Shown here one piece after another: positions 20,401 to 35,400 of a DNA stretch of 64,000 nucleotides. Under the pieces are notes generated by a model that was given only the letters and a program-made list of their open reading frames with translations, was not told where the DNA came from and searched no databases. The DNA is taken from assembly GCF_036365525.1 (NCBI RefSeq), contig NC_090399.1, positions 42,440,430 to 42,504,429 on the forward strand. The letters are read 5' to 3'. How positions within the stretch are numbered: the stretch's first letter is position 1; every line of letters begins with the position of its first letter. The DNA comes from Heterodontus francisci (Eukaryota). Position numbers and translations under genes: made by a program.

Positions 20401-23400
20401 CAGAGAAAAAGACATCAGGACATGAACCCCAAACCACCAACCCCACACAGAGAGAGAAATCGGGACATGAACCTCAAACCACCAACCCCACACAGAGAGA
20501 GCATTCAGGACATGAACCCCAAAACACCAACCCCACACAGAGAGAGAAATCGGGACATGAACCTCAAACCACCAACCCCACAGAGACACATCAGGACATG
20601 AACCCCAAAACACAAACCCCTCACAGAGAAACATCAGGACATGAACCCCAAAACACCAACCCCACATATCGAGACACATCAGGACATGAACCCCAAAAAC
20701 CAACCCCTCACAGAGAAACATCAGGACATGAACCCCAAAATACCAACCCCACACAGAGAGAGACATCAGGACATGAACCCCAAAACACCAACCCCACACA
20801 GAGAAACATCAGGACATGAACCCCAAAACACCAACCCCTCACAGAGAAACATCAGGACATCAACCCCAAACAGACAGACATCAGGACATGAACCCACAAA
20901 CACCAACCCCACACAGAGACATCAGGACATGAACCCCAAAACACCAACCCCACACAGACAGACATCAGGACATGAACCCCAAAACACCAACCCCACACAG
21001 ACAGACATCAGGACATGAACCCCAAAACACCAACCCCAATCAGAGAGACGTCAGGACATGAACCCAGAAACACCAACCCCACACAGAGAGAGACATCAGG
21101 ACATGAACCCCAAAACACCAACCCCAATCAGAGAGACGTCAGGACATGAACCCAGAAACACCAACCCCACTCAGAGAGACACATCAGGACATGAACCCCA
21201 AAACACAAACCCCACACAGACAGACATCAGGACATGAACCCCAAAACATCAACCCCACACAGAGACATCAGGACATGAACCCCAAAACACAAACCCCACA
21301 CAGAGACACATCAGGACATGAACCCCAAAACACCAACCCCACACATCGAGACACATCAGGACATGAACCCCAAAACACCAACCCCACATATCGAGACACA
21401 TCAAGACATGAACCCCAAAACACCAACCCCACACATCGAGACACATCAGGACATGAATCCCAAAACACCAACCCCACACATCGAGACACATCAGGACATG
21501 AACCCCAAAACACCAACCCCTCACAGAGAAACATCAGGACATGAACCCCAAAACACCAACCCCACACATCGAGACACATCAGGACATGAACCCCAAAACA
21601 CAAACCCCACACATCGAGACACATGAGGACATGAACCCCAAAACACCAACCCCACACAGAGACACATCAGGACATGAACCCCAAAACACCAACCCCACAC
21701 AGAGACACATCAGGACATGAACCCCAAAACACCAACCCCACAAAAAGACATCAGGACATAAACCCCAAAACACCAACCCCACACAGAGAGACATCAGGAC
21801 ATAAACCCCAAAACACCAACCCCACAAAAAGACATCAGGACATAAACCCCAAAACACCAACCCCACACAGAGAGACATCAGGACATAAACCCCAAAACAC
21901 CAACCCCACACAGAGAGACATCAGGACATGAACCCAAAAACACCAGCCCCACACAGAGAGAGACATCAGAACATGAACCCCAAAGCACCAACCCCTCACA
22001 GAGAAACATCAGGACATGAACCCCAAAATACCAACCCCACACAGAGAGAGACATCAGGACATGAACCCCAAAACACCAACCCCACGCAGAGAGTCATCAG
22101 GACATGAACCCCAAAACACCAACCCCACACAGAGAGACATCAGGACATGAACCCCAAAACACCAACCCCACACAGAGAGACATCAGGACATGAACCCCAA
22201 AACACCAACCCCACACAGAGAGACATCAGGACATGAACCCCAAAACACCAAACCCACACAGAGAGACATCAGGACATGAACCCCAAAACACGAACCCCAC
22301 ACAGACAGACGTCAGGACATGAACCCAGAAACACCAACCCCACAGAGACACATCAGGACATGAACCTCAAACCACCAACCCCACACAGAGAGAGACATCA
22401 GGACATGAACCCCAAAACACCAACCCCACACAGAGAGAGACATCAGGAGATGAACACCAAAACACCAACCCCAATCAGAGAGACGTCAGGACATGAACCC
22501 AGAAACACCAACCCCACTCAGAGAGACACATCAGGACATGAACCCCAAAACACAAACCCCACACAGACAGACATCAGGACATGAACCCCAAAACATCAAC
22601 CCCACACAGAGACATCAGGACATGAACCCCAAAACACAAACCCCACACAGAGACACATCAGGACATGAACCCCAAAACACCAACCCCACACATCGAGACA
22701 CATCAGGACATGAACCCCAAAACACCAACCCCACATATCGAGACACATCAAGACATGAACCCCAAAACACCAACCCCACACATCGAGACACATCAGGACA
22801 TGAACCCCAAAACACCAACCCCACACATCGAGACACATCAGGACATGAACCCCAAAACACCAACCCCTCACAGAGAAACATCAGGACAAGAACCCCAAAA
22901 CACCAACCCCACACATCGAGACACATGAGGACATGAACCCCAAAACACCAACCCCACACAGAGAGACACATCAAGACATGAACCCCAAAACACCAACCCC
23001 ACACAACGAGACACATCAGGACATGAACCCCAAAACACAAACCCCACACAGAGACACATGAGGACATGAACCCCAAAACACCAACCCCACACAGAGAGAC
23101 ATCAGGACATGAACCCCAAAACACCAACCCCACACAGAGAGACACATCAAGACATGAACCCCAAAACACCAACCCCACACAGAGACACATCAAGACATGA
23201 ACCCCAAAACACCAACCCCACACATCGAGACACATCAAGACATGAACCCCAAAACACCAACCCCACACATCGAGACACATCAAGACATGAACCCCAAAAC
23301 ACCAACCCCACACATCGAGACACATCAAGACATGAACCCCAAAACACCAACCCCACACAGAGAGACATCAGGACATGAACCCCAAAACACCAACCCCACA

Positions 23401-26400
23401 CATCAAGACACATCAAGACATGAACCCCAAAACACCAACCCCACACAGAGAGACACATCAGGACATGATCCCCAAAACACCAACCCCACACATTGAGACA
23501 CATCAGGACATGAACCCCAAAACACCAACCCCACACAGAGAGACATCAGGACATGAACCCCAAAACACCAACCCCACACATCGAGACACATCAAGACATG
23601 AACCCCAAAACACCAACCCCACACAGAGAGACACATCAAGACATGAACCCCAAAACACCAACCCCACACATCGAGACACATGAGGACATGAACCCCAAAA
23701 CACCAACCCCACACAGAGACACATCAGGACATGAACCCCAAAACACCAACCCCACACAGAGAGACATCAGGATATGAACCCAAAACACCAACCCCACACA
23801 GAGACACATCAGGACATGAACCCCAAAACACCAACCCCACAAAAAGACATCAGGACATAAACCCCAAAACACCAACCCCACACAGAGAGACATCAGGACA
23901 TGAACCCCAAAACACCAACCCCACACAGAGAGACATCAGGACATGAACCCAAAAACACCAGCCCCACACAGAGAGAGACATCAGGACATGAACCCCAAAA
24001 CACCAACCCCTCACAGAGAAACATCAGGACATGAACCCCAAAACACCAACCCCACACAGAGAAACATCAGGACATGAACCCCAAAACACCAACCCCACAC
24101 AGAGAAACATCAGGACATGAACCCCAAAACACCAACCCCTCACAGAGAAACATCAGGACATCAACCCCAAACAGACAGACATCAGGACATGAACCCACAA
24201 ACACCAACCCCACACAGAGACATCAGGACATGAACCCCAAAACACCAACCCCACACAGACAGACATCAGGACATGAACCCCAAAACACCAACCCCACACA
24301 GACAGACATCAGGACATGAACCCCAAAACAGCAACCCCAATCAGAGAGACGTCAGGACATGAACCCAGAAACACCAACCCCACACAGAGAGAGACATCAG
24401 GACATGAACCCCAAAACACCAACCCCAATCAGAGAGACGTCAGGACATGAACCCAGAAACACCAACCCCACTCAGAGAGACACATCAGGACATGAACCCC
24501 AAAACACAAACCCCACACAGACAGACATCAGGACATGAACACCAAAACATCAACCCCACACAGAGACATCAGGACACGAACCCCAAAACACAAACCCCAC
24601 ACAGAGACACATCAGGACATGAACCCCAAAACACCAACCCCACACATCGAGACACATCAGGACATGAACCCCAAAACACCAACCCCACATATCGAGACAC
24701 ATCAAGACATGAACCCCAAAACAGCAACCCCACACATCGAGACACATCAGGACATGAACCCCAAAACACCAACCCCACACATCGAGACACATCAGGACAT
24801 GAACCCCAAAACACCAACCCCTCACAGAGAAACATCAGGACATGAACCCCAAAACACCAACCCCACACATCGAGACACATCAGGACATGAACCCCAAAAC
24901 ACAAACCCCACACATCGAGACACATGAGGACATGAACCCCAAAACACCAACCCCACACAGAGACACATCAGGACATGAACCCCAAAACACCAACCCCACA
25001 CAGAAACACATCAGGACATGAACCCCAAAACACCAACCCCACAAAAAGACATCAGGACATAAACCCCAAAACACCAACCCCACACAGAGAGACATCAGGA
25101 CATGAACCCCAAAACACCAACCCCACACAGAGAGACATCAGGACATGAACCCAAAAACACCAGCCCCACACAGAGAGAGACATCAGGACATGAACCCCAA
25201 AACACCAACCCCTCACAGAGAAACATCAGGACATGAACCCCAAAATACCAACCCCACACAGAGAGAGACATCAGGACATGAACCCCAAAACACCAACCCC
25301 ACGCAGAGAGTCATCAGGACATGAACCCCAAAACACCAACCCCACACAGAGAGACATCAGGACATGAACCCCAAAACACCAACCCCACACAGAGAGACAT
25401 CAGGACATGAACCCCAAAACACCAACCCCACACAGAGAGACATCAGGACATGAACCCCAAAACACCAAACTCACACAGAGAGACATCAGGACATGAACCC
25501 CAAAACACGAACCCCACACAGACAGACGTCAGGACATGAACCCAGAAACACCAACCCCACAGAGACACATCAGGACATGAACCTCAAACCACCAACCCCA
25601 CACAGAGAGAGACATCAGGACATGAACCCCAAAACACCAACCCCACACAGAGAGAGACATCAGGACATGAACACCAAAACACCAACCCCAATCAGAGAGA
25701 CGTCAGGACATGAACCCAGAAACACCAACCCCACTCAGAGAGACACATCAGGACATGAACCCCAAAACACAAACCCCACACAGACAGACATCAGGACATG
25801 AACCCCAAAACATCAACCCCACACAGAGACATCAGGACATGAACCCCAAAACACAAACCCCACACAGAGACACATCAGGACATGAACCCCAAAACACCAA
25901 CCCCACACATCGAGACACATCAGGACATGAACCCCAAAAGACCAACCCCACATATCGAGACACATCAAGACATGAACCCCAAAACACCAACCCCACACAT
26001 CGAGACACATCAGGACATGAACCCCAAAACACCAACCCCACACATCGAGACACATCAGGACATGAACCCCAAAACACCAACCCCTCACAGAGAAACATCA
26101 GGACAAGAACCCCAAAACACCAACCCCACACATCGAGACACATGAGGACATGAACCCCAAAACACCAACCCCACACAGAGAGACACATCAAGACATGAAC
26201 CCCAAAACACAAACCCCACACATCGAGACACATGAGGACATGAACCCCAAAACACCAACCCCACACATCGAGACACATCAGGACATGAACCCCAAAACAC
26301 AAACCCCACACAGAGACACATGAGGACATGAACCCCAAAACACCAACCCCACACAGAGAGACATCAGGACATGAACCCCAAAACACCAACCCCACACATC

Positions 26401-29400
26401 GAGACACATCAAGCCATGAACCCCAAAACACCAACCCCACACAGAGAGACATCAGGACATGAACCCCAAAACACCAACCCCACACATCGAGACACATCAA
26501 GACATGAACCCCAAAACACCAACCCCACACAGAGAGACACATCAGGACATGATCCCCAAAACACCAACCCCACACATTGAGACACATCAGGACATGAACC
26601 CCAAAACACCAACCCCACACAGAGAGACATCAGGACATGAACCCCAAAACACCAACCCCACACATCGAGACACATCAAGACATGAACCCCAAAACACCAA
26701 CCCCACACAGAGAGACACATCAAGACATGAACCCCAAAACACCAACCCCACACATCGAGACACATGAGGACATGAACCCCAAAACACCAACCCCACACAG
26801 AGACACATCAGGACATGAACCCCAAAACACCAACACCACACAGAGAGACATCAGGATATGAACCCAAAACACCAACCCCACACAGAGACACATCAGGACA
26901 TGAACCCCAAATCACCAACCCCACAAAAAGACATCAGGACATAAACCCCAAAACACCAACCGCACACAGAAAGACATCAGGACATGAACCCCAAAACAAC
27001 AACCCCACACAGAGAGACATCAGGACATGAACCCAAAAACACCAGCCCCACACAGAGAGAGACATCAGGACATGAACCCCAAAGCACCAACCCCTCACAG
27101 AGAAACATCAGGACATGAACCCCAAAATACCAACCCCACACAGAGAGAAACATCAGGACATGAACCCCAAAACACCAACCCCACACATCGAGACACATGA
27201 GGACATGAACCCCAAAACACCAACCCCACACAGAGACACATCAGGACATGAACCCCAAAACACCAACCCCACACAGAGAGACATCAGGATATGAACCCAA
27301 AACACCAACCCCACACAGAGACACATCAGGACATGAACCCCAAAACACCAACCGCACAAAAAGACATCAGGACATAAACCCCAAAACACCAACCCCACAC
27401 AGAGAGACATCAGGACATGAACCCCAAAACACCAACCCCACACAGAGAGACATCAGGACATGAACCCAAAAACACCAGCCCCACACAGAGAGAGACATCA
27501 GGACATGAACCCCAAAGCACCAACCCCTCACAGAGAAACATCAGGACATGAATCCAAAATACCAACCCCACACAAAGAGAGACATCAGGACATGAACCCC
27601 AAAACACCAACCCCACGCAGAGAGTCATCAGGACATGAACCCCAAAACACCAACCCCACACAGAGAGACATCAGGACATGAACCCCAAAACACCAACCCC
27701 ACACAGAGAGACATCAGGACATGAACCCCAAAACACCAACCCCACACAGAGAGACACATGAGGACATGAACCCCAAAACACCAACCCCACACATCGAGAC
27801 ACATCAGGACATGAACCCCAAAACACCAACCCCACACAGAGACACATGAGGACATGAACCCCAAAACACCAACCCCACACATCGAGAGACATCAGGACAT
27901 GAACCCCAAAACACCAACCCCACACAGAGAGACACATCAAGACATGAACCCCAAAACACCAACCCCACACATTGAGACACATCAGGACATGAACCCCAAA
28001 ACACCAACCCCACACAGAGAGACATCAGGACATGAACCCCAAAACACCAACCCCACACATCGAGACACATCAAGACATGAACCCCAAAACACCAACCCCA
28101 CACAGAGAGACACATCAAGACATGAACCCCAAAACACCAACCCCACACATCGAGACACATGAGGACATGAACCCCAAAACACCAACCCCACACAGAGACA
28201 CATCAGGACATGAACCCCAAAACACCAACCCCACACAGAGAGACATCAGGATATGAACCCAAAACAACAACCCCACACAGAGACACATCAGGACATGAAC
28301 CCCAAAACACCAACCCCACAAAAAGACATCAGGACATAAACCCCAAAACACCAACCCCACACAGAGAGACATCAGGACATGAACCCCAAAACACCAACCC
28401 CACACAGAGAGACATCAGGACATGAACCCAAAAACACCAGCCCCACACAGAGAGAGACATCAGGACATGAACCCCAAAGCACCAACCCCTCACAGAGAAA
28501 CATCAGGACATGAACCCCAAAATACCAACCCCACACAGAGAGAGACATCAGGACATGAACCCCAAAACACCAACCCCACACATCGAGACACATGAGGACA
28601 TGAACGCCAAAACACCAACCCCACACAGAGACACATCAGGACATGAACCCCAAAACACCAACCCCACAAAAAGACATCAGGACATAAACCCCAAAACACC
28701 AACCCCACACAGAGAGACATCAGGACATGAACCCCAAAACACCAACCCCACACAGAGAGACATCAGGACATGAACCCAAAAACACCAGCCCCACACAGAG
28801 AGAGACATCAGAACATGAACCCCAAAGCACCAACCCCTCACAGAGAAACATCAGGACATGAATCCAAAATACCAACCCCACACAGAGAGAGACATCAGGA
28901 CATGAACCCCAAAACACCAACCCCACGCAGAGAGTCATCAGGACATGAACCCCAAAACACCAACCCCACACAGAGAGACATCAGGACATGAACCCCAAAA
29001 CACCAACCCCACACAGAGAGACATCAGGACATGAACCCCAAAACACCAACCCCACACAGAGAGACATCAGGACATGAACCCCAAAACACCAACCCCACAC
29101 AGAGACACATCAGGACATGAACCCCAAAACACGAACACCACACAGACAGACATCAGGACATGAACCCCAAAACACCAACCCCAATCAGAGAGACGTCAGG
29201 ACATGAACCCAGAAACACCAACCCCACAGAGACACATCAGGACATGAACCTCAAACCACCAACCCCACACAGAGAGAGACATCAGGACATGAACCCCAAA
29301 ACACCAACCCCACACAGAGAGAGACATCAGGACATGAACACCAAAACACCAACCCCAATCAGAGAGACGTCAGGACATGAACCCAGAAACACCAACCCCA

Positions 29401-32400
29401 CTCAGAGAGACACATCAGGACATGAACCCCAAAACACAAACCCCACACAGACAGACATCAGGACATGAACCCCAAAACATCAACCCCACACAGAGACATC
29501 AGGACATGAACCCCAAAACACAAACCCCACACAGAGACACATCAGGACATGAACCCCAAAACACCAACCCCACACATCGAGACACATCAGGACATGAACC
29601 CCAAAACACCAACCCCACATATCGAGACACATCAAGACATGAACCCCAAAACACCAACCCCACACATCGAGACACATCAGGACATGAACCCCAAAACACC
29701 AACCCCACACATCGAGACACATCAGGACATGAACCCCAAAACACCAACCCCTCACAGAGAAACATCAGGACATGAACCCCAAAACACCAACCCCACACAT
29801 CGAGACACATCAGGACATGAACCCCAAAACACCAACCCCACACATCGAGACACATGAGGACATGAACCCCAAAACACCAACCCCACACAGAGAGACACAT
29901 CAAGACATGAACCCCAAAACACAAACCCCACACATCGAGACACATGAGGACATGAACCCCAAAACACCAACCCCACACATCGAGACACATCAGGACATGA
30001 ACCCCAAAACACAAACCCCACACAGAGACACATGAGGACATGAACCCCAAAACACCAACCCCACACAGAGAGACATCAGTACATGAACCCCAAAACACCA
30101 ACCCCACACAGAGAGACACATCAAGACATGAACCCCAAAACACCAACCCCACACAGAGACACATCAAGACATGAACCCCAAAACACCAACCCCACACATC
30201 GAGACACATCAAGACATGAACCCCAAAACACCAACCCCACACATCGAGACACATCAAGACATGAACCCCAAAACACCAACCCCACACATCGAGACACATC
30301 AAGACATGAACCCCAAAACACCAACCCCACACAGAGAGACATCAGGACATGAACCCCAAAACACCAACCCCACACAGAGAGACACATCAGGACATGATCC
30401 CCAAAACACCAACCCCACACATTGAGACACATCAGGACATGAACCCCAAAACACCAACCCCATACAGAGAGACATCAGGACATGAACCCCAAAACACCAA
30501 CCCCACACATCGAGACACATCAAGACATGAACCCCAAAACACCAACCCCACACAGAGAGACACATCAAGACATGAACCCCAAAACACCAACCCCAACACA
30601 GAGAGACACATCAGGACATGAACCCCAAAACACCAACCCCACACAGAGAGACACATCCGGACATGAACCCCAAAACACCAACCCCACACAGAGAGACATC
30701 AGGACATGAACCCCAAAACACCAACCCCACACAGAGACACATCAGGACATGAACCGCAAAACACCAACCCCACACATTGAGACACATCAGGACATGAACC
30801 CCAAAACACCAACCCCACATAGAGAAACATCAGGACATGAACCCCAAAACACCAACCCCACACATCGAGACACATCAAGACATGAACCCCAAAACACCAA
30901 CCCCACACAGAGAGACACATCAGGACATGATCCCCAAAACACCAACCCCACACATTGAGACACATCAGGACATGAACCCCAAAACACCAACCCCACACAG
31001 AGAGACATCAGGACATGAACCCCAAAACACCAACCCCACACATCGAGACACATCAAGACATGAACCCCAAAACACCAACCCCACACAGAGAGACACATCA
31101 AGACATGAACCCCAAAACACCAACCCCACACATCGAGACACATGAGGACATGAACCCCAAAACACCAACCCCACACAGAGACACATCAGGACATAAACCC
31201 CAAAACACCAACCCCACACAGAGAGACATCAGGATATGAACCCAAAACACCAACCCCACACAGAGACACATCAGGACATGAACCCCAAAACACCAACCCC
31301 ACAAAAAGACATCAGGACATAAACCCCAAAACACCAACCCCACACAGAGAGACATCAGGACATGAACCCCAAAACACCAACCCCACACAGAGAGACATCA
31401 GGACATGAACCCAAAAACACCAGCCCCACACAGAGAGAGACATCAGGACATGAACCCCAAAGCACCAACCCCTCACAGAGAAACATCAGGACATGAACCC
31501 CAAAATACCAACCCCACACAGAGAGAAACATCAGGACATGAACCCCAAAACACCAACCCCACACATCGAGACACATGAGGACATGAACCCCAAAACACCA
31601 ACCCCACACAGACACACATCAGGACATGAACCCCAAAACACCAACCCCACACAGAGAGACATCAGGATATGAACCCAAAACACCAACCCCACACAGAGAC
31701 ACATCAGGACATGAACCCCAAAACACCAACCCCACTAAAAGACATCAGGACATAAACCCCAAAACACCAACCCCACACAGAGAGACATCAGGACATGAAC
31801 CCCAAAACACCAACCCCACACAGAGAGACATCAGGACATGAACCCAAAAACACCAGCCCCACCCAGAGAGAGACATCAGGACATGAACCCCAAAGCACCA
31901 ACCCCTCACAGAGAAACATCAGGACATGAATCCAAAATACCAACCCCACACAGAGAGAGACATCAGGACATGAACCCCAAAACACCAACCCCACGCAGAG
32001 AGTCATCAGGACATGAACCCCAAAACACCAAACCCACACAGAGAGACATCAGGACATGAACCCCAAAACACCAACCCCACACAGAGAGACATCAGGACAT
32101 GAACCCCAAAACACCAACCCCACACAGAGAGACACATGAGGACATGAACCCCAAAACACCAACCCCACACATCGAGACACATCAGGACATGAACCCCAAA
32201 ACACAAACCCCACACAGAGACACATGAGGACATGAACCCCAAAACACCAACCCCACACATCGAGAGACATCAGGACATGAACCCCAAAACACCAACCCCA
32301 CACAGAGAGACACATCAAGACATGAACCCCAAAACACCAACCCCACACATCGAGACACATCAAGACATGAACCCCAAAACACCAACCCCACACAGAGAGA

Positions 32401-35400
32401 CATCAGGACATGAACCCCAAAACACCAACCCCACACATCGAGACACATCAAGACATGAACCCCAAAACACCAACCCCACACAGAGAGACACATCAGGACA
32501 TGATCCCCAAAACACCAACCCCACACATTGAGACACATCAGGACATGAACCCCAAAACACCAACCCCACACAGAGAGACATCAGGACATGAACCCCAAAA
32601 CACCAACCCCACACATCGAGACACATCAAGACATGAACCCCAAAACACCAACCCCACACAGAGAGACACATCAAGACATGAACCCCAAAACACCAACCCC
32701 ACACATCGAGACACATGAGGACATGAACCCCAAAACACCAACCCCACACAGAGACACATCAGGACATGAACCCCAAAACACCAACCCCACACAGAGAGAC
32801 ATCAGGATATGAACCCAAAACAACAACCCCACACAGAGACACATCAGGACATGAACCCCAAAACACCAACCCCACAAAAAGACATCAGGACATAAACCCC
32901 AAAACACCAACCCCACACAGAGAGACATCAGGACATGAACCCCAAAACACCAACCCCACACAGAGAGACATCAGGACATGAACCCAAAAACACCAGCCCC
33001 ACACAGAGAGAGACATCAGGACATGAACCCCAAAGCACCAACCCCTCACAGAGAAACATCAGGACATGAACCCCAAAATACCAACCCCACACAGAGAGAG
33101 ACATCAGGACATGAACCCCAAAACACCAACCCCACACATCGAGACACATGAGGACATGAACGCCAAAACACCAACCCCACACAGAGACACATCAGGACAT
33201 GAACCCCAAAACACCAACCCCACACAGACAGACATCAGGATATGAACCCAAAACACCAACCCCACACAGAGACACATCAGGACATGAACCCCAAAACACC
33301 AACCCCACAAAAAGACATCAGGACATAAACCCCAAAACACCAACCTCACACAGAGAGACATCAGGACATGAACCCCAAAACACCAACCCCACACAGAGAG
33401 ACATCAGGACATGAACCCAAAAACACCAGCCCCACACAGAGAGAGACATCAGGACATGAACCCCAAAGCACCAACCCCTCACAGAGAAACATCAGGACAT
33501 GAATCCAAAATACCAACCCCACACAGAGAGAGACATCAGGACATGAACCCCAAAACACCAACCCCACGCAGAGAGTCATCAGGACATGAACCCCAAAACA
33601 CCAACCCCACACAGGGAGACATCAGGACATGAACCCCAAAACACCAACCCCACACAGAGAGACATCAGGACATGAACCCCAAAACACCAACCCCACACAG
33701 AGAGACATCAGGACATGAACCCCAAAACACCAACCCCACACAGAGAGACATCAGGACATGAACCCCAAAACACGAACCCCACACAGACAGACATCAGGAC
33801 ATGAACCCCAAAACACCAACCCCAATCAGAGAGACGTCAGGACATGAACCCAGAAACACCAACCCCACAGAGACACATCAGGACATGAACCTCAAACCAC
33901 CAACCCCACACAGAGAGAGACATCAGGACATGAACCCCAAAACACCAACCCCACAGAGAGAGAGACATCAGGACATGAACCCCAAAACACCAACCCCAAT
34001 CAGAGAGACGTCAGGGCATGAACCCAGAAACACCAACCCCACTCAGAGAGACACATCAGGACATGAACCCCAAAACACAAACCCCACACAGACAGACATC
34101 AGGACATGAACCCCAAAACATCAACCCCACACAGAGACATCAGGACATGAACCCCAAAACACAAACCCAACACAGAGACACATCAGGACATGAACCCCAA
34201 AACACCAACCCCACATATCGAGACACATCAAGACATGAACCCCAAAACACCAACCCCACACATCGAGACACATCAGGACATGAACCCCAAAACACCAACC
34301 CCACATATCGAGACACATCAAGACATGAACCCCAAAACACCAACCCCACACATCGAGACACATCAGGACATGAACCCCAAAACACCAACCCCACACATCA
34401 AGACACATCAGGACATGAACCCCAAAACACCAACCCCTCACAGAGAAACATCAGGACATGAACCCCAAAACACCAACCCCACACATCGAGACACATCAGG
34501 ACATGAACCCCAAAACACCAACCCCACACATCGAGACACATGAGGACATGAACCCCAAAACACCAACCCCACACAGAGAGACACATCAAGACATGAACCC
34601 CAAAACACAAACCCCACACATCGAGACACATGAGGACATGAACCCCAAAACACCAACCCCACACATCGAGACACATCAGGACATGAACCCCAAAACACAA
34701 ACCCCACACAGAGACACATGAGGACATGAACCCCAAAACACCAACCCCACACAGAGAGACATCAGGACATGAACCCCAAAACACCAACCCCACACAGAGA
34801 GACACATCAAGACATGAACCCCAAAACACCAACCCCACACAGAGACACATCAAGACATGAACCCCAAAACACCAACCCCACACATCGAGACACATCAAGA
34901 CATGAACCCCAAAACACCAACCCCACACATCGAGACACATCAAGACATGAACCCCAAAACACCAACCCCACACATCGAGACACATCAAGACATGAACCCC
35001 AAAACACCAACCCCACACAGAGAGACATCAGGACATGAACCCCAAAACACCAACCCCACACATCGAGACACATCAAGACATGAACCCCAAAACACCAACC
35101 CCACACAGAGAGACACATCAGGACATGATCCCCAAAACACCAACCCCACACATTGAGACACATCAGGACATGAACCCCAAAACACCAACCCCACACAGAG
35201 AGACATCAGGACATGAACCCCAAAACACCAACCCCACACATCGAGACACATCAAGACATGAACCCCAAAACACCAACCCCACACAGAGAGACACATCAAG
35301 ACATGAACCCCAAAACACCAACCCCACACAGAGAGACACATCAGGACATGAACCCCAAAACACCAACCCCACACAGAGAGACACATCCGGACATGAACCC

